From: Bacteroidales bacterium UBA1180
GTDB taxonomy: Bacteria > Bacteroidota > Bacteroidia > Bacteroidales > Paludibacteraceae
Direction: 5' to 3'
Assembly (NCBI GenBank): GCA_002310195.1
Contig: DBYS01000016.1
Location: 60,278 to 124,277 of the forward strand
DNA: 64,000 nt
The notes below the pieces were generated by a model. That model worked only from the letters and a program-made list of their open reading frames with translations, had not been told where the DNA came from and searched no databases. This document shows positions 27,118 through 35,703 of this stretch, one piece after another. The position numbers and the translations under genes were made by a program. The stretch's first letter is position 1, and each line of letters begins with the position of its first letter.

Positions 27118-28512
27118 ACGACAGGTTGTAGTCTCCTGGATCCATCCACCTACGGTGAACGATGCGCCATCCTGAAGCTCCGGCAGGTCGAAGATCTCCT
27201 CCTTGGTGGGGAAGTACTTCGAGTACGAAGCAATCAGTTTGTTGGCATCATCAGCCACGTCAGGATCAACCATCTTTGCCTTCTGGAACTTATCCACAGC
27301 AGCCCAGAACACGGTCTTGTTCAGGATAGCAGCCTTGGCGGCAGCCATTCCTTCGCCGTAAGGCTTGGAAGCAGCGTACAGCATACCCATCAGGATGTAG
27401 CAGCGGCCTTGGTTAGCCTGGAGCTCCAGCGAGCGGCGCAGATAGTTGCGCGACAGCTGATACGATTTGATCTTGTCGAAATAGATGTACGCGATGTTGA
27501 ACAGGTACTCGGCGCGATCCTCTTTGTCATCTTCCGGAGCGAGTTCGATAGCCTGCTCGTAGTAGTTGACAGCGTCTTTGTACTCACCCTTCTTCATACA
27601 CATCTTGGCGCAACCTGCAGCACTTTCCTCGGTCGGCTCAAGCTTGTGAACGGCAGCGGCAGCGGTGAAGTAGATCTCACTCTCCGTGCACTTCACGCGG
27701 CGGTACATGCCCATGATCTTGTTGAGGATGTCAAGGTTACTGATGTTTTCGCTCACAATCGGGCCGAAGATCTCGTCGAGCTTGTCGCAATCGGCGGCAC
27801 CAGAAGATGCGAACATCTGATCAACATAATCCTTGTTCTCCTGTGCACGCATAGCGTTCTTGTTCTTCGGGTCAGAAGCCTGCGCAGCAAGAATCATCGA
27901 AACGGCCTGATAGTCAGCAATATATGCAGCACCATATTTCTCGGGATCGAGTTTGTAACGTGCGTTACTCAGGTCAGCGAACTGCTTGAGCACCTGGATC
28001 TGCGATTTCTCTCTCATGCCTTCGATGGACTCCTTGAGCCACTCGTAAGCGGGATCCTTAAGCGGATCTTCTTTGTAGAAGTTGCAGTAGTCAACACCCT
28101 TCAGGCCAAGGATATATGCCTTCGGGTACTTCGGATCATCACCGAAATACTTAATACGGCTATCATGGAGCTTGAGCAGCAACTGACGCAACTCATCATA
28201 CTCCTTCGGGTCTTGCGTCTGCGAGATCTTCCACTCAACAAGTTCGTCACCACGGGTATAGATAGCCTTGTTGGCGTTCGGGCAAGTGGTATAAACCTGC
28301 CACCAGGGATCCCAAGCGTCAGCGTACTGTTTGTTCTTCACCGACTCGTTGAACAGTGATACGTTGATCACACACTCCTCGGTTACCGTGGGTTCAGCCT
28401 CCTCAACAACAGGTGCAGCCTGAGCGGGCTCAGCAGCCTTCTGGGGTTTCTTTGCAAGGGCGAACGCAGGCAGCGTTGCCACCAATACTAATGCAATAAT
28501 GTACTTTTTCAT
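27106..28512 (-). CDS. Secreted tetratricopeptide-repeat protein
   Basis: Has a signal peptide (LPAFALA) and TPR-like helical repeats. The gene context coaX-OMP-TPR-lptC is conserved in Bacteroidales as far as I recall. Confidence 0.7.
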   Translation of the reverse strand: MKKYIIALVLVATLPAFALAKKPQKAAEPAQAAPVVEEAEPTVTEECVINVSLFNESVKNKQYADAWDPWWQVYTTCPNANKAIYTRGDELVEWKISQTQDPKEYDELRQLLLKLHDSRIKYFGDDPKYPKAYILGLKGVDYCNFYKEDPLKDPAYEWLKESIEGMREKSQIQVLKQFADLSNARYKLDPEKYGAAYIADYQAVSMILAAQASDPKNKNAMRAQENKDYVDQMFASSGAADCDKLDEIFGPIVSENISNLDILNKIMGMYRRVKCTESEIYFTAAAAVHKLEPTEESAAGCAKMCMKKGEYKDAVNYYEQAIELAPEDDKEDRAEYLFNIAYIYFDKIKSYQLSRNYLRRSLELQANQGRCYILMGMLYAASKPYGEGMAAAKAAILNKTVFWAAVDKFQKAKMVDPDVADDANKLIASYSKYFPTKEEIFDLPELQDGASFTVGGWIQETTTCRAAK

Positions 28513-28528
28513 ATCGACTAAGTTTTAG

Positions 28529-29734
28529 TTATAATTTGCGTTTGAAGAACCAGTTCTCGCAGATGGCTGCGTTGATGGTGAGCTTCAGATAATCCTCCTT
28601 GAGCAACGCTCCGCGGTGACCGTACTCAAGGGTAGTATTGAATATCGTGCCGGCATTACGCAACGGGAATCCTACACCCAGCGACACTTTGATCTCCTTA
28701 CCGTTGACGTTCTGCTGATAGGGATCGGTCAGTTTAGCTCCTACTCGCCAGCACACGCGCTCCACATAACTGCGTCCTTGCGGGTTGTGGCGGTACTCAG
28801 CACCTACGGCATAGATCGATCGCGAACGGAGCGTCTGGTTGCTGAACGTCTGTACGTTGCCCCAGCCCTGCCATGTATAATCGAAGGCTACAGTCAGACG
28901 TTGCTGCCATGTGTAGGACGCGCCTACACCCCATTGCATCGGCACTTGCATTGCTGCGCCACCGGTTTGGATTGTGTCTGCCCAGCTCGTTTCGATGACC
29001 GAATATTCGCCTCGCAGCGGCAGTTGCGGTTCCCAAACTGCACCTAACGTGAACGAGTCCTCGTTGCGGAATGTGTGGAACAGCTGTGCTCCTACGCGGG
29101 TGCGGACACTGCTTACGTTCAGCGTGCTGTACTGCGCTACGTCTTGCATCCCGGATTCGGTGAATGTTAGTGCGCGGTAGTTCGCTACTTCGCCGAACAT
29201 ATAATAAACGTTCGCGCCGACTGCAAACCAATCCATGATGTTGAAACTCAAGCCGCCATACACCTCGGTTATGCCACCCTCGCCTGCATAGGTGGTCGTA
29301 TAATGATAATCCGAACCGATGGAGTCTGCCAATGCGAAGTTGTATCCGACTGACGAGAACGGCATCACACCAGCGCTGACAGCTATGTATCGCTTGTACA
29401 GCGGCAGCTGCAGACTGAGGTACTCAAGGTTACCGTTCGCGCGGTTGCGCCGTCCTGTGGCATCACTGTATGTGGTCCACATCACGCTACCCGCCAGGTC
29501 GAACATGAACGTTACGCTATCGCAAGCGGTGTACGACGCCGGCTGCAGCGGGTTGATAGCCTTGTTAGAACGCATTCCTATTCCTACTCCACCCATTCCC
29601 CTGTAGGTGTTCGGCGTATCATCGCCGAGATCGCCGTACGCGAAGCGCGAATATGGCGAACTGGTCATGTTCTGCGCACCGGCTGCAAAAGCCATGAGGA
29701 TGAGGATGTATGTCAACAGTAGTTTCTTCATCAA
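28529..29734 (-). CDS. Conserved outer-membrane beta-barrel protein (putative porin)
   Basis: Has a signal peptide (AFAAGAQN), the SPYSRFAYGDLG N-terminal motif and alternating beta-strands with a C-terminal FFKRKL. Confidence 0.65.
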   Translation of the reverse strand: MMKKLLLTYILILMAFAAGAQNMTSSPYSRFAYGDLGDDTPNTYRGMGGVGIGMRSNKAINPLQPASYTACDSVTFMFDLAGSVMWTTYSDATGRRNRANGNLEYLSLQLPLYKRYIAVSAGVMPFSSVGYNFALADSIGSDYHYTTTYAGEGGITEVYGGLSFNIMDWFAVGANVYYMFGEVANYRALTFTESGMQDVAQYSTLNVSSVRTRVGAQLFHTFRNEDSFTLGAVWEPQLPLRGEYSVIETSWADTIQTGGAAMQVPMQWGVGASYTWQQRLTVAFDYTWQGWGNVQTFSNQTLRSRSIYAVGAEYRHNPQGRSYVERVCWRVGAKLTDPYQQNVNGKEIKVSLGVGFPLRNAGTIFNTTLEYGHRGALLKEDYLKLTINAAICENWFFKRKL

Positions 29735-29763
29735 TTATCAAAATGCAATTATCGTGCCAAACT

Positions 29764-30507
29764 CTACTGCTCTTGTCGCGTGTTGTAGAGTAAGATCTGG
29801 TTCAAGCCCATCAGTACAAGGTGCCGTTCGAAGCGTATATCGACCTGCAGACCGTGCAGTATGAACGGTGCGTTACCACCGGTGATGATGGTCTTGTAGT
29901 GCGGTATTTGTTCCTGTAAATCACGCATATAGCCCTTAACCTCGAAGATGATACCGCGTATCACTCCGGCCGCAATGGCGTCGCGTGTGTTGCGCCCGAA
30001 CAGCGGCAGCAACTCGTTCTCTTCAGCCTCCACGAGCGGCAATTTTTTTGTCATTCGGTGCAGGATAGTGAAGCGCATCTTAATGCCCGGAGCGATGTTG
30101 CCGCCCACAAAACTGCCGTCCTCCGACACAAAGTCGTACGTGATAGCCGAACCGGCATCGATGATCAGCACGTTCTCCTTCGGATAGATTGCGCTTGCCC
30201 CTACCGAGGCAGCCAGACGGTCCTGGCCCAACGTAGCCGGCGTGCCGTAACCGTTACTAATCGGCAACGGGGTGTTGTGGTCAAACAGAACGAAGTGCCG
30301 CGAGTGTTTGTGCAACGCATTGACCACAGCCGGCTCGATGTTCACCACCGAGGAGATGATACTGTCCTCGATCTTGTACAACTGGAACAATTGCTCCACC
30401 TCAGCAGAAGCGAAGTGCTTGTAGATGAAGTGCTTCGCTATGCTGCCGTTCTCACGAAAGAGTGCTACCTTCGTGCGGGAGTTGCCTTGATCAATACAGA
30501 GGTTCAT
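29764..30507 (-). CDS. coaX: Type III pantothenate kinase
   Basis: Has the N-terminus LCIDQGNSRTK and the motifs IIDAGSAITYD and GGNIAPG. Confidence 0.9.
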   Translation of the reverse strand: MNLCIDQGNSRTKVALFRENGSIAKHFIYKHFASAEVEQLFQLYKIEDSIISSVVNIEPAVVNALHKHSRHFVLFDHNTPLPISNGYGTPATLGQDRLAASVGASAIYPKENVLIIDAGSAITYDFVSEDGSFVGGNIAPGIKMRFTILHRMTKKLPLVEAEENELLPLFGRNTRDAIAAGVIRGIIFEVKGYMRDLQEQIPHYKTIITGGNAPFILHGLQVDIRFERHLVLMGLNQILLYNTRQEQ

Positions 30508-30534
30508 ATCTTTTATTTTGGGGTCCCCGACACG
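30508..30534 (-). promoter_or_regulatory. GGGG-N-CCCC box (GTGTCGGGGACCCCAAAATAAAAGAT) filling the whole fadD-coaX spacer
   Basis: The sequence is the reverse complement of 30508-30533. The same box ends both structured leaders (19845-19859 and 32684-32697). Confidence 0.5.
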
Positions 30535-32214
30535 TCAATCTGCCATGTTAGTATATAAGAACCGCTTGATGGACTTCTTCGGGGTCTTTTCGAACTCGTG
30601 CGGGTAGATCTTGATCTTCACGATCGGTTCGTAGGATGCCAGTAGCGGGTTCAGTGCATGACGGTTAGCCTCCATCGCTTCCTCGAGTTGCGCTTCGGTC
30701 AATCCGTTCGCATCAGCCGCTTCCATATCCGGACAAACGAGGGCAATGAGTTGGTTATCTTTGTTCTGCAGCACGAGCGACTCGCTCACGTAAGGCATAT
30801 TATCAAGCTTTGCCTCGATCTCTTCGGGGTAGATGTTCTGCCCTGACGGACCAAGAAGCATCGTTTTGCTACGCCCCTTGATGAAGATGAACCCATCCTC
30901 GTCGATCGTACCAAGATCGCCGGTCTTGAGCCAGCCGTCCTCGGCGAACGTGAGGCGCGTGGCCTCGTCATTCTTGTAATAGCCGTACATCAGGTGCTCG
31001 CCGTTCACCTCAATCTCTCCCACGCCGTCGGCATCGGGATTGGCAATACGCGCTTCCATCAGTCCGGGCAGTGCCTGACCGCAACTGAAGGTCTTGTACT
31101 CCGTCCACTTGGTGAACGATATCAGCGGTGCGCACTCCGTCATGCCATAGCCCACCGACACAGGGAACTTGATGCGTCTGAGGAACGCTTCTACCTCGGC
31201 GTTCAGCGGTGCGCCGCCGATGATGATCTGCTGGAACTCGCCGCCGAAAGCGTTAATCAGCGTCTCACGAATCTTACTGAGCACAATCTCGTCCAGATAA
31301 GGGATCTTCAGCACCCAGCTGACCGGTGCCTTGCTTATCTGCGGAACGATCATCTTCTTGTAGATCTTCTCCAGTATCAGCGGCACGGACAGGATCAATG
31401 TCGGCTTAACATCGGCAAAGGCCTTCAGTAATATCTTCGGCGCAGGCGTACGGCCGATGAGGAACGAGTGACCGCCGGCTGCCAGACAAGCGAGGAAGTC
31501 AAACGCGCAGCCGTAGGCGTGTGCCAGAGGCAGGAACGCTACGTGGCGGCATCCTTTGTAAACCAAATGGCTGTCATCCATGCCAAACTTGATGTTACCC
31601 GCCAGCGCATTGCACGGCGTGATCACGCCCTTGGAGAATCCTGTAGTGCCCGAGGTGTAGTTAATCGAAGCAACCGAATCGTTCGGGCGCTCGTCGTAGC
31701 ATACCTTGTCGGGCGTGAGGCGACCGCCGTACTTCTTCACAAACTGCTTCTGGATGTACAGCATCGTGATATGCGCCACCTCCATGTGCTGCGATATCGG
31801 ATGCCAGTCGTTGAGTGAGACAACGACCTTCACGTTCGGAATCTGCTCCAGATCAATGCCTTCCCATATATTATCGCTGATGAACAGCAGCTTGGCATCG
31901 GAGTGATTGATGATATGTATCGCATCGGCTGCATTGAAGTCCTGCAGGATCGGCACAACGATAGCGCCGTAGGTGATTGTAGCAAGGAACGTAGCCACCC
32001 AGCAGGAGTTGTTCCTGCCCATCAAGGCGACCTTGTCTTCCTTCTGCAAACCGTTCTCCTCGAACATCACATGCAGATGAGCGATTACTGTAGCCAGTTG
32101 GCCGTAGGTCAACGTCTTGTCCGTTCCCCAGTCGGTCACGGCAGGCAGATCCCAGTTCTCGCGGAACGAGCGCTCGTAGATCTTAACCAGATTATATCTT
32201 TCGTCAGTTAACAT
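30535..32214 (-). CDS. AMP-dependent synthetase / long-chain-fatty-acid--CoA ligase
   Basis: Has the AMP-binding motif YTSGTTGFSKGV, plus GYGMTE and DGWLKTGD. Confidence 0.85.
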   Translation of the reverse strand: MLTDERYNLVKIYERSFRENWDLPAVTDWGTDKTLTYGQLATVIAHLHVMFEENGLQKEDKVALMGRNNSCWVATFLATITYGAIVVPILQDFNAADAIHIINHSDAKLLFISDNIWEGIDLEQIPNVKVVVSLNDWHPISQHMEVAHITMLYIQKQFVKKYGGRLTPDKVCYDERPNDSVASINYTSGTTGFSKGVITPCNALAGNIKFGMDDSHLVYKGCRHVAFLPLAHAYGCAFDFLACLAAGGHSFLIGRTPAPKILLKAFADVKPTLILSVPLILEKIYKKMIVPQISKAPVSWVLKIPYLDEIVLSKIRETLINAFGGEFQQIIIGGAPLNAEVEAFLRRIKFPVSVGYGMTECAPLISFTKWTEYKTFSCGQALPGLMEARIANPDADGVGEIEVNGEHLMYGYYKNDEATRLTFAEDGWLKTGDLGTIDEDGFIFIKGRSKTMLLGPSGQNIYPEEIEAKLDNMPYVSESLVLQNKDNQLIALVCPDMEAADANGLTEAQLEEAMEANRHALNPLLASYEPIVKIKIYPHEFEKTPKKSIKRFLYTNMAD

Positions 32215-32240
32215 AACAAACTGTTTTTATTTCTGTTTAA

Positions 32241-32666
32241 CTATTCCGTCGGCATCGGCGGCAAGCTTTGCTCAAACGGATCGCCCGTTTGCGGCCGTGT
32301 GCCCACGCTGTAGATCGAGTCCACCACGTACTGGCTGTTACCGCGCCAGGGCAGCGTACCGAGGTAACGCTTCCAATGCAACTTGATCTGACGGCCGGAG
32401 GCATTATCAATCTGCTGGGCTATACGCTCATCCTCCACCGAGAACTTAAACTCGTTGGATTGAATGGTCGAAGAGGTGTTCTTCGAATTGTAACCCGATT
32501 GAATCATCTTACCTTCGTAAGTCTTGAAGATAAAGCCTTCACGCTGGAAGTAGTTGATGTCACCCTCGTTCACGCCTGTGCTGTACACAAACCAGAACTT
32601 ATAAAACAAGAAGATACCGAGTACTACAATGAGTACAGCGGATACGATTGTAATAACTTTTTTCAT
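32241..32666 (-). CDS. Hypothetical N-terminally membrane-anchored small protein (141 aa)
   Basis: The start is set at MKKVITIVSAVLIVVLGIFLF, downstream of the mapped promoter and leader. I recognise no family. Confidence 0.6.
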   Translation of the reverse strand: MKKVITIVSAVLIVVLGIFLFYKFWFVYSTGVNEGDINYFQREGFIFKTYEGKMIQSGYNSKNTSSTIQSNEFKFSVEDERIAQQIDNASGRQIKLHWKRYLGTLPWRGNSQYVVDSIYSVGTRPQTGDPFEQSLPPMPTE

Positions 32667-32787
32667 GTCACAACAATATATTTTGGGGTCCCCGATGTAA
32701 CCGTAGGTTGCGTTGGGGAGAGCCGAGGTTGCGGTCGCTTTATGGTGCAGAGCACCATCCGCGCGAGCCACATACCGAAGGCGACTG
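32667..32787 (-). promoter_or_regulatory. Structured 5' leader RNA, copy A of the paralogous leader family
   Basis: On the minus strand it contains TTCGGTA (reverse complement of 32773-32779), the hairpin ATGGTGC-TCT-GCACCAT (32742-32758), CTCCCCA (32714-32720) and TCGGGGACCCCA (32684-32695). Confidence 0.55.
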
Positions 32788-32819
32788 CAAAGATACAAAA
32801 AAAATCCCACATTTGCAAA
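32788..32819 (-). promoter_or_regulatory. Promoter (-7 TATCTTTG is the reverse complement of 32788-32795; -33 TTTG is the reverse complement of 32816-32819)
   Basis: Consensus match with a 20-nt spacer. Confidence 0.6.
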
Positions 32820-32856
32820 TTTTGTGAGACTTTTTTTGAGAATATCTATATTTTTA

Positions 32857-34116
32857 CTATTGTTTTAGCAATAGTAGTAGTTTTCCGAGGGCTGCCATAG
32901 CGGCATTGTTAGTAATCTGTGCGCGGTCACCGCCGAAGTGCCGGCACTCGGCAAACGTGCCGTTAGGTGTAGCCCATGCGAGCCAGACTGTGCCGACGGG
33001 TTTGTCCGGTGTGCCGCCCGTAGGCCCTGCAATGCCGGAGGTGGCTATAGCATAATCGGTCTTCAGCAACCGGCGCACTCCCTCGGCCATCTGACGCACA
33101 CAAGCCTCGCTTACCGCGCCATCCGCAGCCAATGTTTCCGGCAGTACGCCGAGCACTTGCTGCTTGACGCTGTTGTCGTAGGCTATGACGCTTCCCATGT
33201 AATATACCGAACTGCCTGACTGCTCGTTCAGCAGCGCTGCCAACCGGCCGCCCGTGCAGGATTCCGCCGTGGCGATGGTCTGCTTGCGCTCCGTGAGCCA
33301 ACGGCCGAGCACAACGTTCGGTGCCAGGTCATCGGTGGCAAGCACATGATCGGCAATCAACGGCAGCAACGCGTCGATCTGCTGCTGAACCTCATCTGCA
33401 CTCGCCTCGCCGTAGGACGAGAGGCGCAGACGTACAACGCCCTGCTTGGGCAGATAGGCCAGATGGATCGTTGGCGGCAGGGCTTGTTCCCACTGCTCGA
33501 TACGCAGTGCAAGGGTCGATTCGGGTATGCCGTACACCACTATCGTGCGGTGAATGATGTCGGCTGCAAGGGCGAAATGTTCCTTCAGGTAAGGCATGAT
33601 CTGTTCGGTCATGGCAATCTGCATCTCGTGCGGCACGCCCGGCAGGCTGATCAGAACTTTAGGCTGTTGGACATTGGTGGCCGACCGGTGGAAGACCATC
33701 AGCGGTGCGCTGCCTACGCGGTTGGGAAGGATCACTGCCGCCTCGGGCACCAGCCATTGCGTGGCAGTAAGGCTATTGAGCACCTCCGGACGGTTAGCGT
33801 AGAGTGTGCGAACATGCTCGCGCACCTCGGGACTCTCCACCAGACGAGTGTGGAACAGCTCGCATAGCACGGTCTTGGTTATATCGTCCTTCGTCGGCCC
33901 AAGACCGCCGGTAGTAAGCACCATATCCGCACGCTGCATGGCGGCAGACACGGCCTCGGTTATCGCCTGGCGGTCATCACGAACGGTAGTGACCTGCACG
34001 ACTGTTATGCCGGCGTGGTTAAGCGTCTGCGCCATCCACGAGGCGTTGGTGTTGACAACCTGCCCGATGAGCAGCTCGTCACCTATAGAGATTATTTCAG
34101 CAAGAAGTGCTTTCAT
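32857..34116 (-). CDS. cinA: CinA family protein (competence/damage-inducible; MoCF-binding plus nicotinamide-nucleotide amidase domains)
   Basis: The start is set at MKALLAEIISIGDELLIGQVVNTN. It has the motifs TTGGLGPTKDD and ATAESCTGG. Confidence 0.85.
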   Translation of the reverse strand: MKALLAEIISIGDELLIGQVVNTNASWMAQTLNHAGITVVQVTTVRDDRQAITEAVSAAMQRADMVLTTGGLGPTKDDITKTVLCELFHTRLVESPEVREHVRTLYANRPEVLNSLTATQWLVPEAAVILPNRVGSAPLMVFHRSATNVQQPKVLISLPGVPHEMQIAMTEQIMPYLKEHFALAADIIHRTIVVYGIPESTLALRIEQWEQALPPTIHLAYLPKQGVVRLRLSSYGEASADEVQQQIDALLPLIADHVLATDDLAPNVVLGRWLTERKQTIATAESCTGGRLAALLNEQSGSSVYYMGSVIAYDNSVKQQVLGVLPETLAADGAVSEACVRQMAEGVRRLLKTDYAIATSGIAGPTGGTPDKPVGTVWLAWATPNGTFAECRHFGGDRAQITNNAAMAALGKLLLLLKQ

Positions 34117-34682
34117 GATTGCATTTGTTTTTTCCACTCGTCGGCGGTGAGGCAGAGCTCGTCGTACCACGCCTGTCCGAAGCGTCGGATGAGCGGTTCT
34201 TTTAGGAACTTGTACAACGGCAAGTGGAGCTTGTGACCAAGTTGCCTGGACGAATGGCAGATATCCCAACGGTGGTACTCCACCCCTACACGCTCGCCGA
34301 TCTTCGTCAGACGGATCGGATACAAGTGGCAGGAGATGGGTTTCTTGAACGGCAGAGCCAATCGCTCGATCGCACAGTAGCACCAGCCGTTATGATCCGT
34401 GCGGGCGAAGATACAATCCTTGTCGTTGACTATCGACAGCACCCGTTCGCCGGACGGATCGTTGTAGGCTATGCCTTGTCTGTCCACAACCTCCCGCGCC
34501 TCTTTGGTCATGTGCGGCAGCAGTTCGGGCAGCATGGCGTTCAGCAGCTCCTCCTCTTCCGGCGTGACCGGCGCACCGGCATCGCCCTCGATACAGCAGC
34601 AGCCCTTGCAGGTATCGAGATCGCAGCAGAACTCCTTCTCAATAACCTCCAGACTGACTATCGTATCCTGTATAAGAATCAT
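34113..34682 (-). CDS. DUF3109 family Cys-rich protein
   Basis: Has the motif CCDLDTCKGCCC and is about 189 aa long. Its 3' end overlaps the cinA start by 4 nt. Confidence 0.75.
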   Translation of the reverse strand: MILIQDTIVSLEVIEKEFCCDLDTCKGCCCIEGDAGAPVTPEEEELLNAMLPELLPHMTKEAREVVDRQGIAYNDPSGERVLSIVNDKDCIFARTDHNGWCYCAIERLALPFKKPISCHLYPIRLTKIGERVGVEYHRWDICHSSRQLGHKLHLPLYKFLKEPLIRRFGQAWYDELCLTADEWKKQMQS

Positions 34683-34712
34683 TGCTAACAGCGTCAGCCA
34701 AATTGGCTGACA

Positions 34713-35261
34713 TTATCGCTTGTACTTGTACTTAGCGCCCGTCTTGCCCTTGGCGATGTTCGTCAGTTTGCCTTTGCAGAACTGCCGGCGTATGGGCGAT
34801 ATACGGTCGGTGAACACATGTGCCTCAAGGTGGTCGTACTCATGGAGAACGATGCGCGCCTTGAAGTCGGTGAAGGTCTCTTCGTGTTCCTTGAAATCTT
34901 CGTCGAGGTAACGGATAGTGATCGTCTTCGGGCGAACGACGTTCTCGCTGATGCCCGGTAGCGACAGGCAGCCTTCGGAATAGACCGATGTATCCTCGCT
35001 CTCCTCAAGCAGCTCGGGATTGATGAACGCTTGCTTGAAATCCGCGCACTCGGGGTAGTCCTCCGCAAGCTCTGTGCCATCCACTACGAACAGACGTTTC
35101 GACAGGCCGATCTGCGGTGCGGCAAGTCCGCAACCCTCAGCAGCCTGCAGGGTCTCGTACATATCTGCTACGAGCTGCTTCACATCCAGTTCGCCCTCTT
35201 CGATATCCTCCGTCGGACGGCGCAGCACCGGCTGACCATATAGATAGATTGGAAGAATCAT
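34713..35261 (-). CDS. def: Peptide deformylase
   Basis: Has the motifs GCGLAAPQIG, EGCLS and HEYDHL. Confidence 0.95.
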   Translation of the reverse strand: MILPIYLYGQPVLRRPTEDIEEGELDVKQLVADMYETLQAAEGCGLAAPQIGLSKRLFVVDGTELAEDYPECADFKQAFINPELLEESEDTSVYSEGCLSLPGISENVVRPKTITIRYLDEDFKEHEETFTDFKARIVLHEYDHLEAHVFTDRISPIRRQFCKGKLTNIAKGKTGAKYKYKR

Positions 35262-35289
35262 TTACGATTTTTGATTTGTGATTTTTGAT
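35262..35289 (-). repeat. Heptamer-phased tract ATCATAA ATCAAAA ATCACAA ATCAAAA ATCG (minus strand) between ruvX and def
   Basis: The sequence is the reverse complement of 35262-35289, with a 7-nt ATC period. It shares an 18-nt core with 3051-3083. Confidence 0.8.
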
Positions 35290-35703
35290 TTATGATTGAT
35301 GCTCGAGGTAGCCTTCGAGGATGATACATGCCGCCAACTTATCGACATTGGCCTTGTTCTGACGGTCCTTGCGTTTCATGCCGCCGGCTATCATCGCCTG
35401 GTGTGCCAGCACGCTGGTGAAGCGCTCGTCGTACTCCACTACGGGTATCTGCGGCCATCGGGCACGCAGCTGGTCCTCGAGGGCACGTATCGCCGGCACA
35501 GTCTCGGAGTCCTGGCCGTTCATCTGCCGCGGGTAGCCTACCACGATCGTATCGACCTGTTCGCGGCGAACATAATCATCCAGCCAGCTGAGCAGTCCCG
35601 ACGTATCTATCGTAAGCAACGGATTAGCCGTTATGCGGAGCATGTCCGTAACGGCTAATCCTGTGCGTCGCTTACCATAATCTATGGCGAGGATACGTCC
35701 CAT
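35290..35703 (-). CDS. ruvX: Holliday junction resolvase-like protein RuvX (YqgF)
   Basis: Has the N-terminus ILAIDYGKRRTGLAV and is about 137 aa long. Confidence 0.9.
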   Translation of the reverse strand: MGRILAIDYGKRRTGLAVTDMLRITANPLLTIDTSGLLSWLDDYVRREQVDTIVVGYPRQMNGQDSETVPAIRALEDQLRARWPQIPVVEYDERFTSVLAHQAMIAGGMKRKDRQNKANVDKLAACIILEGYLEHQS

